From: an uncultured Arcobacteraceae bacterium
Lineage (GTDB): Bacteria > Campylobacterota > Campylobacteria > Campylobacterales > Arcobacteraceae
DNA: 64,000 bases
Reading direction: 5' to 3'
NCBI GenBank assembly: GCA_964022095.1
Contig: CAXHZO010000002.1
Span: 128,001 to 192,000 of the forward strand
The position numbers and the translations under genes were made by a program. Below, in pieces: positions 32,804 through 43,237 of this stretch. Numbering within the stretch: the stretch's first letter is position 1; each line of letters opens with the position of its first letter. The notes below the pieces were generated by a model. That model did no database searches. It was not told the origin of the DNA and was given only the letters and a program-made list of their open reading frames with translations.

Positions 32804-33382
32804 ATCAAGATATATATCAACATCATTGATAGTATCTATATCAATTGATTGTTTCTTACTTAATACAACATTTGTGCAAGGATTATTTTTAAGAATCTTC
32901 TTTGCACCTTTGTCTTTATTTAATTTTATTAATTCATTATAATAGTTTTTAGGAAAAATAGCAGGAACGCTTGATTCACTTATATGTTCATATTTTGAAG
33001 CAATTATAGTTTTATTATCTATATTATCTTTTAATTGTTTTATATGCTCTTGTGTTATAAAAGGTTGATCACAAAGTAAGATTAAAGTATTTTCATACTC
33101 AATAGTATGCTTTATTCCAAAAGATATAGATGAACCTATTCCTTTTTCATAATTTTTATTGAACAAGATAGTTACATTAAAGTGTTTTATCTCTTTTTCA
33201 CAAGTTTCTCTCTTATGTCCAAGTACTACAAAAACATCCTTTGAAACACTCAGGGCTTTTTTTATAGAAGTTTCTAAAAATGTCTCACCATCTATTTTTA
33301 AAAGTTGCTTTGTAATACTTCCAAGACGTGAAGACTTACCCGCTGCTAGTATAATTACTGCTAGTTTTTTAGATTTTGCCAT
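32798..33382 (-). CDS. Molybdenum cofactor cytidylyltransferase (MocA-like nucleotidyltransferase)
   Basis: ILAAGKSSRLG, LCDQP, DKGAK, DIDT; likely start MAKSKK at 33382; within Mo-hydroxylase cluster. Confidence 0.85.
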   Translation of the reverse strand: MAKSKKLAVIILAAGKSSRLGSITKQLLKIDGETFLETSIKKALSVSKDVFVVLGHKRETCEKEIKHFNVTILFNKNYEKGIGSSISFGIKHTIEYENTLILLCDQPFITQEHIKQLKDNIDNKTIIASKYEHISESSVPAIFPKNYYNELIKLNKDKGAKKILKNNPCTNVVLSKKQSIDIDTINDVDIYLDL

Positions 33383-34151
33383 TTTTTTTAGCCTCAATTT
33401 GTGCACAAATTGAAAGAGCAATTGATTGTGGAGTATGACTTCCTATATTTATACCAACTGGTGCAAAAAATCTATCATCATTTTCTAAATCAAATTGTTG
33501 CTTTTTTCTTTGCATATTTTTTTTATTTCCCATTAATCCAATATAGTTCATATCAGTTTTTAGTAAAGCTTGTAAATATGTATCATCAGTTTTGGGACTA
33601 TGACTTAAAATAACAGAAGACTCATAAGAGCTTAAGTCCATAGTTAAAATGTCTTCTAGGTTCTTAAGTTCTATTGTTTCATCAGCTTGTGATACAAACT
33701 CTTTTTTTATATTAATATCAATCACAGTTGTTTTCCATCCCATTATATTAGCAATTGATATCAAAGCAGTTACATGAGCACCACTTCCAAAAATAAGTAA
33801 AGAGTAGGGTGCTATTATATACTTGTTGATATTTTCATAATTATTTTTATAAAAGTATGGTTCTGTTTGATATTTACTACTACCATGTCCTGAAGATTCA
33901 TCTTGTGCAATTGATTCGAAATATTGAATTGTTTTTGATTCTAAGGCAAGTTTCGAAGACTCTTTTATTTTATTTTGTAAGAAATTACTTCCTAAAACAC
34001 CTGTAAACTCTCCTTTAGAGTTTACAAGCATAATATTTCCAGATTTTGTAAAAGTTGATCCAACAGTTTCAACAACAGTTGTAACAACTACATCTAGTTT
34101 TTCTCTTTTTGAGTTTTCTAAAAACTTTTGAAATTGTTTATTTCTAAACAT
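33369..34151 (-). CDS. XdhC/CoxI-family molybdoenzyme maturation factor
   Basis: TVVETVGST, IFGSG, YIGLMG, APVGINIGSHTPQSIALSI. Confidence 0.9.
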   Translation of the reverse strand: MFRNKQFQKFLENSKREKLDVVVTTVVETVGSTFTKSGNIMLVNSKGEFTGVLGSNFLQNKIKESSKLALESKTIQYFESIAQDESSGHGSSKYQTEPYFYKNNYENINKYIIAPYSLLIFGSGAHVTALISIANIMGWKTTVIDINIKKEFVSQADETIELKNLEDILTMDLSSYESSVILSHSPKTDDTYLQALLKTDMNYIGLMGNKKNMQRKKQQFDLENDDRFFAPVGINIGSHTPQSIALSICAQIEAKKNGKI

Positions 34152-34154
34152 TTA

Positions 34155-36296
34155 TTATCCTAGTTTAATAGGAAACTTTGTATATCTTTTCCCTGTTGCA
34201 TCGTGAAGTGCATTCATTATTGCTGCAAACATTGGAGGAACACCAACTTCACCTATACCACCTACTTTTTCACTAGAATTGATAATCTCAACATTGATAC
34301 TTTCAGGAGCATCTGTTATTCTATTTACTTTATAGTCATAGAAGTTGTTTTGATTTACTGCACCGTTTGTAAGTGTGATTTCACTATATTTTGTATACCC
34401 AATAGTAAAATTAACTGCACTTTCGATTTGATTTTCTACATTTAATGGGTTAAATGCATATCCACAATCAACAGCTGACCAAACGTGTTGTACTTTGTAG
34501 TCATTGTCTTCAACTTTTACTTTTACAACCATTGCAACTATACTTCCAAAAGACTCTGCAATAGCTACACCATAACCACTATTTTTTTCTCTTTTATACC
34601 AGTTAGATTGTTTTGCTACATTTTTAAGAAGATTTACAAATCTTGGGTTTTCTAAGTTTTTTATTCTAAAATCAAGTGGATCCATATCAACAGAATACGC
34701 AGCTTGATCAATGATATTTTCAACAATCGGAGCAGAAGTTGTGTGTCCAACAGATCTTAGCCAGTCAACTGTTACTGGGCTTTGAGGACAAAATGATTTA
34801 ATATCATGACTTGCTACAGTATATGGATGGTTATCTAAACCTTCTCTTTGAAGTGCATCAATTCCATCTTTAAACATAAAGGCTTCAAAAGGTGTACCTT
34901 GAGTTAAAGATTGGTTTACAAGATTTGATTTAAGTGCTGTAATTTTACCTTCTTTATCAACTGCAATTTTTGCACTACTAATTGTAAGTGGTCTAAAACT
35001 TCCACCTTTTACATCATCTTCTCTTGTCCATAACATCATTACTGGCCATGGCTCATCTTTAGCTGTATAAGCTGCATCAACTATGAAATCAGAGTTTGGA
35101 GTTGATCTTCTACCAAAACTACCACCTAAATAGTTTGTATAGTACTCAATATTTTCAGGATTTACTCCTAAAATCTTCGCACAAGTACCTCTATATAAAG
35201 TTTGTAATTGACCACCAACAGACATATAAGCTTTATCACCTTTATGGTGAATTGTACAGTTTAATGGCTCCATAGCAGCATGTGCTAAGAATGGAAAGTA
35301 ATAATCAGCTTCTTCAATTTTATATGCATTATCAAATGCTTTTTTTGTATCACCATCACTTCTCATGACTTTCATATCTTTTTCGTAGTGAGCTTTATAC
35401 TCTTTTTCTAAATCAGCATCACTGATTTTTGCGAACTCACCTAAATCCCAATCAACTTTTACTTTTTCTATAGCTTGTTTTGCTTGGTACCATCTATCTG
35501 AAAAGATTGCAATTTTATTGTTTGGTAGTTGTTTGATTTTTATAATACCTGGCATCTTTTTAGCTTCTGTGTCATCATAGCTTTTTATTTTTGCACCAAA
35601 TACTTTTGGATGAATAATCGCAGCATATTTCATATCAGGAAGTCTAACATCAATACCAAAAATACCTTTACCAGTTAATTTTTCATTTACTTCGATTGGA
35701 TGTCTTTTCATTGGCTTACCAATTAGTGTGTATTCACTCGATTTCTTTAGTTTAACATCACTTGGAAGTTCCATTTTTTTTATATCTTCAATTAAACTAC
35801 CATACGATAGTTTCTCTTTTGTTCTTTTGTTTATTACAAATGAGTCTTTTGTTTCAATATCATATAATCTTACTTGCCATTTTTTAGCTGCTGCTTGTTT
35901 AAGCATTAATCTTAATGTTGCACCAACTTTTCTAACTCTTTGTTGTTGAGTCTTAATACTCATAGAACCGCCAGTTAACATCATAGGCATTCCAGGGATA
36001 TTATATACAGCTTTTACAGGAGCTGGTTCAAAAATGATTTCATCCCATGCTGCATCTAATTCATCAGCTATACACATAGCCATAGTTGAATATGTACCTT
36101 GTCCCATTTCTACTTGACCAAGTATAAATGTAATAGTGTTATCTTTATCAATTTTGATAAATGCATTTGGTTCTATAACTTCTGGTTTCTTTTCAACTTT
36201 TGCGGCCATTCCTTTTATAGGGATATTAAAACCAATAACAAAAGCTGAACCTAATAGCGTACTATTTTTTATAAATTCTCTTCTATTTGAATTCAT
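34155..36296 (-). CDS. Xanthine dehydrogenase-family molybdopterin subunit (IorB/aldehyde oxidoreductase-like), Tat-exported
   Basis: SNRREFIK twin-arginine signal; EMGQG, TGGS, AHAAMEP, GGSFGRR, GGIGEVGVPP. Confidence 0.92.
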   Translation of the reverse strand: MNSNRREFIKNSTLLGSAFVIGFNIPIKGMAAKVEKKPEVIEPNAFIKIDKDNTITFILGQVEMGQGTYSTMAMCIADELDAAWDEIIFEPAPVKAVYNIPGMPMMLTGGSMSIKTQQQRVRKVGATLRLMLKQAAAKKWQVRLYDIETKDSFVINKRTKEKLSYGSLIEDIKKMELPSDVKLKKSSEYTLIGKPMKRHPIEVNEKLTGKGIFGIDVRLPDMKYAAIIHPKVFGAKIKSYDDTEAKKMPGIIKIKQLPNNKIAIFSDRWYQAKQAIEKVKVDWDLGEFAKISDADLEKEYKAHYEKDMKVMRSDGDTKKAFDNAYKIEEADYYFPFLAHAAMEPLNCTIHHKGDKAYMSVGGQLQTLYRGTCAKILGVNPENIEYYTNYLGGSFGRRSTPNSDFIVDAAYTAKDEPWPVMMLWTREDDVKGGSFRPLTISSAKIAVDKEGKITALKSNLVNQSLTQGTPFEAFMFKDGIDALQREGLDNHPYTVASHDIKSFCPQSPVTVDWLRSVGHTTSAPIVENIIDQAAYSVDMDPLDFRIKNLENPRFVNLLKNVAKQSNWYKREKNSGYGVAIAESFGSIVAMVVKVKVEDNDYKVQHVWSAVDCGYAFNPLNVENQIESAVNFTIGYTKYSEITLTNGAVNQNNFYDYKVNRITDAPESINVEIINSSEKVGGIGEVGVPPMFAAIMNALHDATGKRYTKFPIKLG

Positions 36297-36299
36297 TTT

Positions 36300-36752
36300 T
36301 TACCCCTTTGCCACAGCAGTTACAGCTGTTAAGATTTTGTTATAAGTTCCACATCTACAAACATTTCCATCCATTGAAGATAATATCTCATCTTTTGATG
36401 GATTACTGTTTGATTTTAATAAACTAGTTGCATTCATGATTTGTCCAGGTTGACAGTAGCCACACTGAGCTACATCATGCGTTTTCCATTGAGTTCTTAA
36501 GGCATTGATCTCTTTATCTTTGTCATTTTCTATTGTAATGATATTTTTTTTGTAAGCTTGACTAATAGGAGTTGAACAACTTCTAATAGCTTTATCATCT
36601 AGTAACACAGTACATGCACCACACATACCAACCCCACATCCAAACTTAGTTCCAGTCATATCTAGATAATCTCTAAGTACCCATAAAATTGGTGTATCTT
36701 CTGGAATATCTTTTAATTCATACTTTTTATCATTTATATTTATATATTGCAT
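36300..36752 (-). CDS. (2Fe-2S)-binding small subunit (IorA-like)
   Basis: GTKFGCGVGMCGACTV, QCGYCQPG, CRCGTY. Confidence 0.95.
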   Translation of the reverse strand: MQYININDKKYELKDIPEDTPILWVLRDYLDMTGTKFGCGVGMCGACTVLLDDKAIRSCSTPISQAYKKNIITIENDKDKEINALRTQWKTHDVAQCGYCQPGQIMNATSLLKSNSNPSKDEILSSMDGNVCRCGTYNKILTAVTAVAKG

Positions 36753-36884
36753 GGTTTTTCCTTTTTAATGAAAATCATTTCCATTATTAGTATATATAAA
36801 TTAAAGATATATGTATAGAACAATATCCTAAAATGATTGCCTATTTCTATAAATTTTTGATATAATCAATTTTTAGGAGTTAAA

Positions 36885-37778
36885 ATGAATAAACATTTAT
36901 TACCTGTAAATCTAATATCTTACATAGAAAACTTTTGTAAAGAAGATGGGCTTCATGATACAAAAATTCCATCGCTAAAGTTTTATACAACCACTGAAAA
37001 ATCAGAGTTCCAAAGCATAATTTATGAACCATCAATTTGTATTGCACTTCAAGGTGAAAAGGCTGTTGGTTTTGGTGATGATATGTATAGTTACAACTCT
37101 TCAAAGTATTTATTAACTTGTACAAATGTACCAGCAGACATAAAAATCAAAACAGCATCAAAGCAGACTCCTTATGTATCTTTAGTATTAAGTTTTTCTT
37201 TAGAGGAAATTTATGAAGTTATTAAAGATGCAAATGAAATATTGTCAAAAAGTATAAAAAAAATCCAAAATCCCTTACGTTTTAATAAGTTAGATAATAC
37301 TCTTTTAGAACCAGTTTATAGACTAGTACAAATTTTAGATAAACCACAAAAAATGATTGATTTTATGTATCCTTTAATTAAAAAAGAGATTATCTATATT
37401 TTACTTCAAAATGATAAGGATTTTTTGAAAAATTATGTAATGGAAGGTACATTAACGAATCATATAGTAAAAGCTATTAGTGAAATAAAAAACAATTTTA
37501 ATAACTCTATAAATATGGCAAATTTAGCAAAAGATATTGGTATAAGTGAAGCATCACTTTATCAAAACTTTAAAAAAGTTACTTCAATGAGTCCTTTGCA
37601 GTATCAAAAGAAAATAAGATTAGAAGAAGCTAAGCAGATGCTTTTAAGCAAAAATATCGAAGCTAGTGAAGTTGCATTTTCTGTGGGGTATGAAAGTCCA
37701 TCTCAGTTTAGTAGAGAGTATTCACGAATGTATGGAATGTCTCCAAAAGCTCATAGTGAGTATTTAAGACAGGTATAA
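36885..37778 (+). CDS. AraC-family regulator with AraC_N (YqhC-like) domain
   Basis: YEPSICIALQGEK; SPLQYQKKIRL..A; VGYESPSQFSREYSRMYG. Confidence 0.92.
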   Translation: MNKHLLPVNLISYIENFCKEDGLHDTKIPSLKFYTTTEKSEFQSIIYEPSICIALQGEKAVGFGDDMYSYNSSKYLLTCTNVPADIKIKTASKQTPYVSLVLSFSLEEIYEVIKDANEILSKSIKKIQNPLRFNKLDNTLLEPVYRLVQILDKPQKMIDFMYPLIKKEIIYILLQNDKDFLKNYVMEGTLTNHIVKAISEIKNNFNNSINMANLAKDIGISEASLYQNFKKVTSMSPLQYQKKIRLEEAKQMLLSKNIEASEVAFSVGYESPSQFSREYSRMYGMSPKAHSEYLRQV

Positions 37779-37805
37779 AAAATAGAAGTTTAACTTCTAT
37801 TTTTT
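37777..37805. terminator. Bidirectional terminator
   Basis: AAAAAATAGAAGTT-T-AACTTCTATTTTTT. Confidence 0.75.
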
Positions 37806-39075
37806 ATCTTCTGAAGCTTCTACCTTCATCTCTTTTAGTAGTTTTCTTTTTTTTAGGTCCTCTTTTAGCTACTTTTTCTCTATTTCCAGCTTTTTTTTCA
37901 CTAAGTTTTTTCTGTTTGTATTTGATTAGTCTTGGTTTTTTTTCTGTTGGTTCAAAATCTTCGAAAGTCTCTCTTCCTAAATCTAAAATTAACTCTTTTT
38001 CAATATCTTTCATCATTCTATAATCTTTTACACTAAGAAGTGTAACAGCAGTTCCTGGATTTCCAGCACGTCCAGTTCTTCCAATTCTATGAGTATAATC
38101 AGCAATTGTTTCTGGAAGTTCAAAGTTTACTACAAGTGGAAGCATTTCTATATCAATACCTCGAGCTGCAATATCAGTTGCAACAAGTACTCTGATTTCT
38201 CCTTCTTTAAACTTTCTTAATGCCTTGGCTCTTGCAGATTGTCTTACATCACCATGAATACAAGCAGCTGATAATCCGTCAAGTTCAAAATGTCTAACAA
38301 GTGCATCTGCTATTTTTTTAGTATTAACAAATACTAAAACTTGTTGATAATTTTCAGAACCAATTAAGTATGAAAGTAGGGGAGCCTTATCATTTGGATC
38401 AACTTCAATAACTTTTTGTTCAATAATATCAACACTACTTCTTTGGTTTACTACTTCAACTACTGCTGGATCTGTTAAGAACTCTTTTGCTAATTTCTTA
38501 ACATTTTGATTTAGTGTTGCAGAGAACATCATAATTTGTCTATTAGGACCAACATTTGGTAAAATGGCTTCTAAGTCTTCTAAAAAGCCCATTGCTAAGA
38601 TTGTATCAACTTCATCGATAACTACATGAGTAATACTTGATAAATCTATAGTATTGTTTCTTAAATGCTCCATTAATCTACCAGTTGTAGCAACAACAAT
38701 ATCCAAGCCATTTGCAATTTTTTTTTCTTGGTCTTTTAGTGAAACTCCACCAAAAATTGTAGTACTTTTAATATTTATATGTTTACTAAAATCTTCTGTT
38801 GCAGTTGCTATTTGTTTTGCAAGTTCTCTTGTTGGTGTAATAACTAAGGCTCTTAATACTGGAATCTCTGTTCTTGTTTCCACAAGATTATTTAATATAG
38901 GTAATAAAAAAGCTGCTGTTTTACCAGAACCACTTTGTGCAGTTCCTAGTATATCTTTACCTTTCATTGCGATTGGTATAGCTTTTGTTTGAATTTCTGT
39001 TGGTTTATCATAACCTAATTCTTCAATAGCTTTTATAATATTTATATCTAATTTATTTTCATTAAAAGTTTTGAT
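37804..39075 (-). CDS. DEAD-box RNA helicase (RhlE-like), extended to a putative ATC start
   Basis: AQSGSGKT, PTRELA, DEVD, SAT, HRIGRTGR; the Q-motif (GYDKPTEIQ) lies in frame upstream of the track start 38967. Confidence 0.9.
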   Translation of the reverse strand: MKTFNENKLDINIIKAIEELGYDKPTEIQTKAIPIAMKGKDILGTAQSGSGKTAAFLLPILNNLVETRTEIPVLRALVITPTRELAKQIATATEDFSKHINIKSTTIFGGVSLKDQEKKIANGLDIVVATTGRLMEHLRNNTIDLSSITHVVIDEVDTILAMGFLEDLEAILPNVGPNRQIMMFSATLNQNVKKLAKEFLTDPAVVEVVNQRSSVDIIEQKVIEVDPNDKAPLLSYLIGSENYQQVLVFVNTKKIADALVRHFELDGLSAACIHGDVRQSARAKALRKFKEGEIRVLVATDIAARGIDIEMLPLVVNFELPETIADYTHRIGRTGRAGNPGTAVTLLSVKDYRMMKDIEKELILDLGRETFEDFEPTEKKPRLIKYKQKKLSEKKAGNREKVAKRGPKKKKTTKRDEGRSFRR

Positions 39076-39151
39076 GAAATATTCCTTTTGTCATCTAAAT
39101 TTTTTTCGTATAATAGCGAAAATTAAGAAAAAAAGAAAATAGAAAAAGATT

Positions 39152-42100
39152 TTACTTTTTTAATATAATTTTTAAGCATGCACCTCTTAGTTTTTTATCA
39201 TCAATTGTAAACTCTTCATTATGAACTGATAGGTCAAATTTATGTTTTTCTCTTAATATTTTATCTGCCATTGATAATCCAAGGCCAGTACCTATTGATT
39301 GGTGTTTTGTTGTAAAATAAGGATCAAAGATTTTATTAATGATTTTTTCATCTATTCCTCCTGCTGAGTCTAAAATTGATAACTCAAGAGAATTACTATT
39401 TATTTGAATAGTTTTAATTAAAATATATCTATTTGATTCTGAAATTGCATTTGATTTTAAAAATCCAATTGAATTATTTAAAATATTAATTAATGATTGT
39501 TGTAATTCATTTTTATTTCCATTTATTTGCATATCATCTTTGATCTGAGAAATTACATTTATATAGTTGTTTTTAATAGATGAATCAATTATACTAAGTG
39601 TTTCTTTTATAATATTACTAACAAAAACTAATTTAAACTCTTCATCTTTTTTGATAAAGTTTCTGAAATCATCAATTGTTTTTGAAAGATAAAAAGTTTG
39701 TTCTATTATTTTATCTGTAGCTTCTTTTATGCTTTCTTCATCTTTGTCTTTATCTAATTCTATTGATAGTTTTATTCCACTTGCAATAGTACTAATTACA
39801 CTTAGTGGTTGTCTCCATTGGTGTGCAATATTTCCTATCATTTCACCCATTGATGCAAGTCTTGATTGATTTTCTAGTATTTTCATTGAAGTAATGTCTT
39901 TTATAATAAGTAAGAATTTTTCTTGATTTGGCATTAATGTTATACTCATATCTATAGAAATTCTTCTATTATTAGCAACAATTGATTCTTTTTGAAAATT
40001 TTGGATATTTCCTTTTTTGATTGCCTTTTGGATAAGAAACTTCATCTTCTCTTTTAACTCAGGTACTGTTAAATCTAAACTCGATTTTTTTATTAACTCA
40101 TCTTTTGAAAAACCAGTAATATTTAAATATGCATCATTAAATTCTAAGAAATTTGTATCTAAATCTGTTATTGCAATACCATCACTACTAAATTTAAATA
40201 TAGATTCAAACTCTGTTTTTTGTGCAAGTATTAGTTTTTGTGTATTCTCTTTTTCTGTTATATCAATACCTATTGTTGCTAAATAATCCATTTGGCCATT
40301 TTCTTTTTTAACAAGCAAGTTTGACCACTCAAATACTCTTTCTTCTCCAGTTTTAGAAATCCAACTATTTTTGAAGAATTTAACAATATTGCCTTTTTTT
40401 GCTTCTTGAATAATCTCAATGCATTTTTCTTTTTTATCTTCAGGTAAAAACTTTTTCCAAAAATATGGCTTACTTGCAATTTCTTTTTGAGTGTATCCAC
40501 TAAAATCTTGTGCATATTTATTTACTTTAAACATGACCCCATCACTATTTATTACAGCAATAATTGCATTTGAGTTATCTATGATTGTTGATGTGAAGTC
40601 TCTTTGTTTAATAATTTCATTTTCTAATTCTTTTTCTTTTGTAATATCTTTTATTATAGAAAATAAAATATTCCCTTTTTCTGTTTCAATTGGAGAAGAT
40701 TGTACTTCAACAGTTTTTATACTTCCATCTTTTAGTTTATGAGGAAAATAAAAAGTATTTTCACTGTAGTTTTTAGCTTTATTTATACTTTCTTTAATTT
40801 TATCTTTTGATTGGGTATTTATTTGATTGATATTCATACTTATGAATTCATCATAACTATAACCATAAAAATTACTCGCACTTAAGTTTGCATTAATTAT
40901 ATTCCCATTTCTAGGATCAATTAAAAGCATTATAGAGTTATGTGTTTTAAACATATTTTCAAATTGATTTTTTACAAGCTTAATATCCTCTAGAAGTTTT
41001 CTTTGTTTTGTTATTTCAGTGTGAATACCAATCATTCTTAATGGTTGGTTGTTTTCATCTTTTTTTACAACAATGCCTCTATCTAAAATCCATTTGTAAG
41101 TATTATCTTTACATAAGATTTGATGCTCACTTTCATAATAAGGAGTTAAACCTTTTTGATGATCTATTATTTTTCTAGTTACTTCATCTATTTGTGTAGG
41201 ATTAACTCTTTTTTTCCATTCTTCTAAAGTATTTCCAATTTCATACTCTTCAAATCCAAGCATATTTTTCCATTGTTTAGAAAAATAGACTTCATTTGTT
41301 TCTATATCCCAATCCCAAAGTCCATCGCCTGTTCCATCAACAGCGAATTTCCATCTAAATTCACTATCTTCTAGCTTTTTGTGATATTTTTTTAGCAAGT
41401 ATTGTCGATAAATTAAAAAACATATAATTATTAAAAATACTGAAAGTATTATATAGTTTGTTGTATTGTCGATTTTTTTTGATTCTTTTGAGTAAATCCA
41501 TTTGTTAATTATATTTTCTTTTGTTGTTGTATCAATATTTTTAATTAGTTTATTTAAAATAGGAATAATCTCTTTTGATTGTGAATTTACCATAATTTGT
41601 AAATCAAAAGCAATTTGCTTGTCATTATTAATTTTAATACCAATGTTTTGATTTTGGTTTATATGATAAAATAAAACGGGTTTAATATCACTTACTCCAA
41701 ATACTTTACCTTTTGATAATAAGGCTAATGCTTCTTGTGTATTTTTAACAGGAATAAGTTTTATATTTGGATAGTACTGTTTTAATAATTTATAGGCTGT
41801 GAAGTCTTTTCCCACAGCAACCATTTCACCTGCAAGGTCATTAAAGTTATTGATTTTTTTATTAGTTGCAATTGATAATGGAAAAGTAGCATATGGAGTC
41901 GAAAAAGTGGCATATTCTTCCCTATCTTTTGTAGAAGATGTTGAAATGATTACACCTTGTGCATCATTTTTTACTTTTTGTAGTGAATCTGAAAATCTTT
42001 CAACTTTTATAAATTTGTATTTTAAGTTAGAATAGTTTGATATTTCTTTAATAATATCAATTGCAAGACCTTGTGCAATTTTGCCATTACTAACTGTAAA

Positions 42101-42250
42101 AGGCTCCCAGTTATTGTAGTATATATTTAAAGGAGTATTTTTTAAATATCTGTTCTCTTCTTCTGATAAAATTGCATTAAATGAATCACCATAAATCTTT
42201 GTATGTGATGTTGCAAAAATAATTACTAATATACAAAATATGTATTTCAT
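39152..42250 (-). CDS. Multi-PAS sensor histidine kinase with periplasmic solute-binding domain
   Basis: SBP-type N-terminus, TM, several PAS domains (DGLWDWD...), IAHQWRQPL, PYFTTK, GTGLGL. Confidence 0.92.
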   Translation of the reverse strand: MKYIFCILVIIFATSHTKIYGDSFNAILSEEENRYLKNTPLNIYYNNWEPFTVSNGKIAQGLAIDIIKEISNYSNLKYKFIKVERFSDSLQKVKNDAQGVIISTSSTKDREEYATFSTPYATFPLSIATNKKINNFNDLAGEMVAVGKDFTAYKLLKQYYPNIKLIPVKNTQEALALLSKGKVFGVSDIKPVLFYHINQNQNIGIKINNDKQIAFDLQIMVNSQSKEIIPILNKLIKNIDTTTKENIINKWIYSKESKKIDNTTNYIILSVFLIIICFLIYRQYLLKKYHKKLEDSEFRWKFAVDGTGDGLWDWDIETNEVYFSKQWKNMLGFEEYEIGNTLEEWKKRVNPTQIDEVTRKIIDHQKGLTPYYESEHQILCKDNTYKWILDRGIVVKKDENNQPLRMIGIHTEITKQRKLLEDIKLVKNQFENMFKTHNSIMLLIDPRNGNIINANLSASNFYGYSYDEFISMNINQINTQSKDKIKESINKAKNYSENTFYFPHKLKDGSIKTVEVQSSPIETEKGNILFSIIKDITKEKELENEIIKQRDFTSTIIDNSNAIIAVINSDGVMFKVNKYAQDFSGYTQKEIASKPYFWKKFLPEDKKEKCIEIIQEAKKGNIVKFFKNSWISKTGEERVFEWSNLLVKKENGQMDYLATIGIDITEKENTQKLILAQKTEFESIFKFSSDGIAITDLDTNFLEFNDAYLNITGFSKDELIKKSSLDLTVPELKEKMKFLIQKAIKKGNIQNFQKESIVANNRRISIDMSITLMPNQEKFLLIIKDITSMKILENQSRLASMGEMIGNIAHQWRQPLSVISTIASGIKLSIELDKDKDEESIKEATDKIIEQTFYLSKTIDDFRNFIKKDEEFKLVFVSNIIKETLSIIDSSIKNNYINVISQIKDDMQINGNKNELQQSLINILNNSIGFLKSNAISESNRYILIKTIQINSNSLELSILDSAGGIDEKIINKIFDPYFTTKHQSIGTGLGLSMADKILREKHKFDLSVHNEEFTIDDKKLRGACLKIILKK

Positions 42251-42333
42251 TTAATCAGCCCTAAAATATGATAATTAATTATAACAATATAATATTAAAT
42301 CATTATATAATTAGGCTGACTATTAGATGTTTA

Positions 42334-42726
42334 CTAGTTTTTACTAGTTTCTTCTGTGATCAAGGAGATATTGAAGAGTTGATTTTTCTGAATTGCATCT
42401 AATATTTTAACAACTTTTTCATATTTTACATCTTTATCAATTCTAAAAATAATATTTCTTGTTTTATCTTCTATTTCAATTAGCTTTTCATGAAGTTCAT
42501 CCAGTGTTAATTCTTTACCATAAATTGCAAGTTTATCAATACTCAATTCGATTATTATCTCTTTTTGTTTTAATTCAATCTCTTTTGCACTTGAAGTTGG
42601 AAGATTCAGCACAAGAGCTAATTCATCTTTTTTAAATACAGAAGATACAATAAAGAAAATTAATAAAATAAAAACAACATCAACAAGTGGTGTGATATCT
42701 GGTGTTAATATTTCTCTTTTTTTCAT
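42334..42726 (-). CDS. exbD: Biopolymer transport protein ExbD
   Basis: ITPLVDVVFILLIFFIV motif. Confidence 0.92.
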   Translation of the reverse strand: MKKREILTPDITPLVDVVFILLIFFIVSSVFKKDELALVLNLPTSSAKEIELKQKEIIIELSIDKLAIYGKELTLDELHEKLIEIEDKTRNIIFRIDKDVKYEKVVKILDAIQKNQLFNISLITEETSKN

Positions 42727-43232
42727 AGGTTTTTTAACACCTCTTTTTGAAGTTTTAATTCCAAACTATCTAAAACACCAGTAATATAGTTATATCCTAT
42801 ATAGTGAGGAATAGCAACTATTAGACCTGCAACTGTTGTTATAAGTGCAATAGAAATACCATTTGAAAAAATACTTGGATCTCCAAGTCCACTTTTTGTA
42901 ATAGAATCAAATGAGTTTAAAACCCCAACAACTGTACCTAATAAACCAATCAGTGGTGCAATTGAGGCAATGATTTTGATAGTGTTTAATCCCAATTCTA
43001 ATTTTTTTACTTTTCTACTAATAATATTTTCTAAAGATTCTTTTTTTAAATCAATGTTATTGTTTTTAACAAATGCCACAATTTCATCTATATTTTTTTG
43101 ACTTTTAACTTTTGAAAAAGAAAGAACAACTATTTTCCAAAACATAATTGTAAAACCTATAATATTCAAGAATATTAGTATATAAACTATTATTCCACCT
43201 CTATTAATATAATTTAATAAATCAATTTCCAT
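42723..43232 (-). CDS. exbB: MotA/TolQ/ExbB proton channel protein
   Basis: APLIGLLGTVVG, GISIALITTVAGLIVAIP. Confidence 0.92.
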   Translation of the reverse strand: MEIDLLNYINRGGIIVYILIFLNIIGFTIMFWKIVVLSFSKVKSQKNIDEIVAFVKNNNIDLKKESLENIISRKVKKLELGLNTIKIIASIAPLIGLLGTVVGVLNSFDSITKSGLGDPSIFSNGISIALITTVAGLIVAIPHYIGYNYITGVLDSLELKLQKEVLKNL

Positions 43233-43237
43233 TTAAT

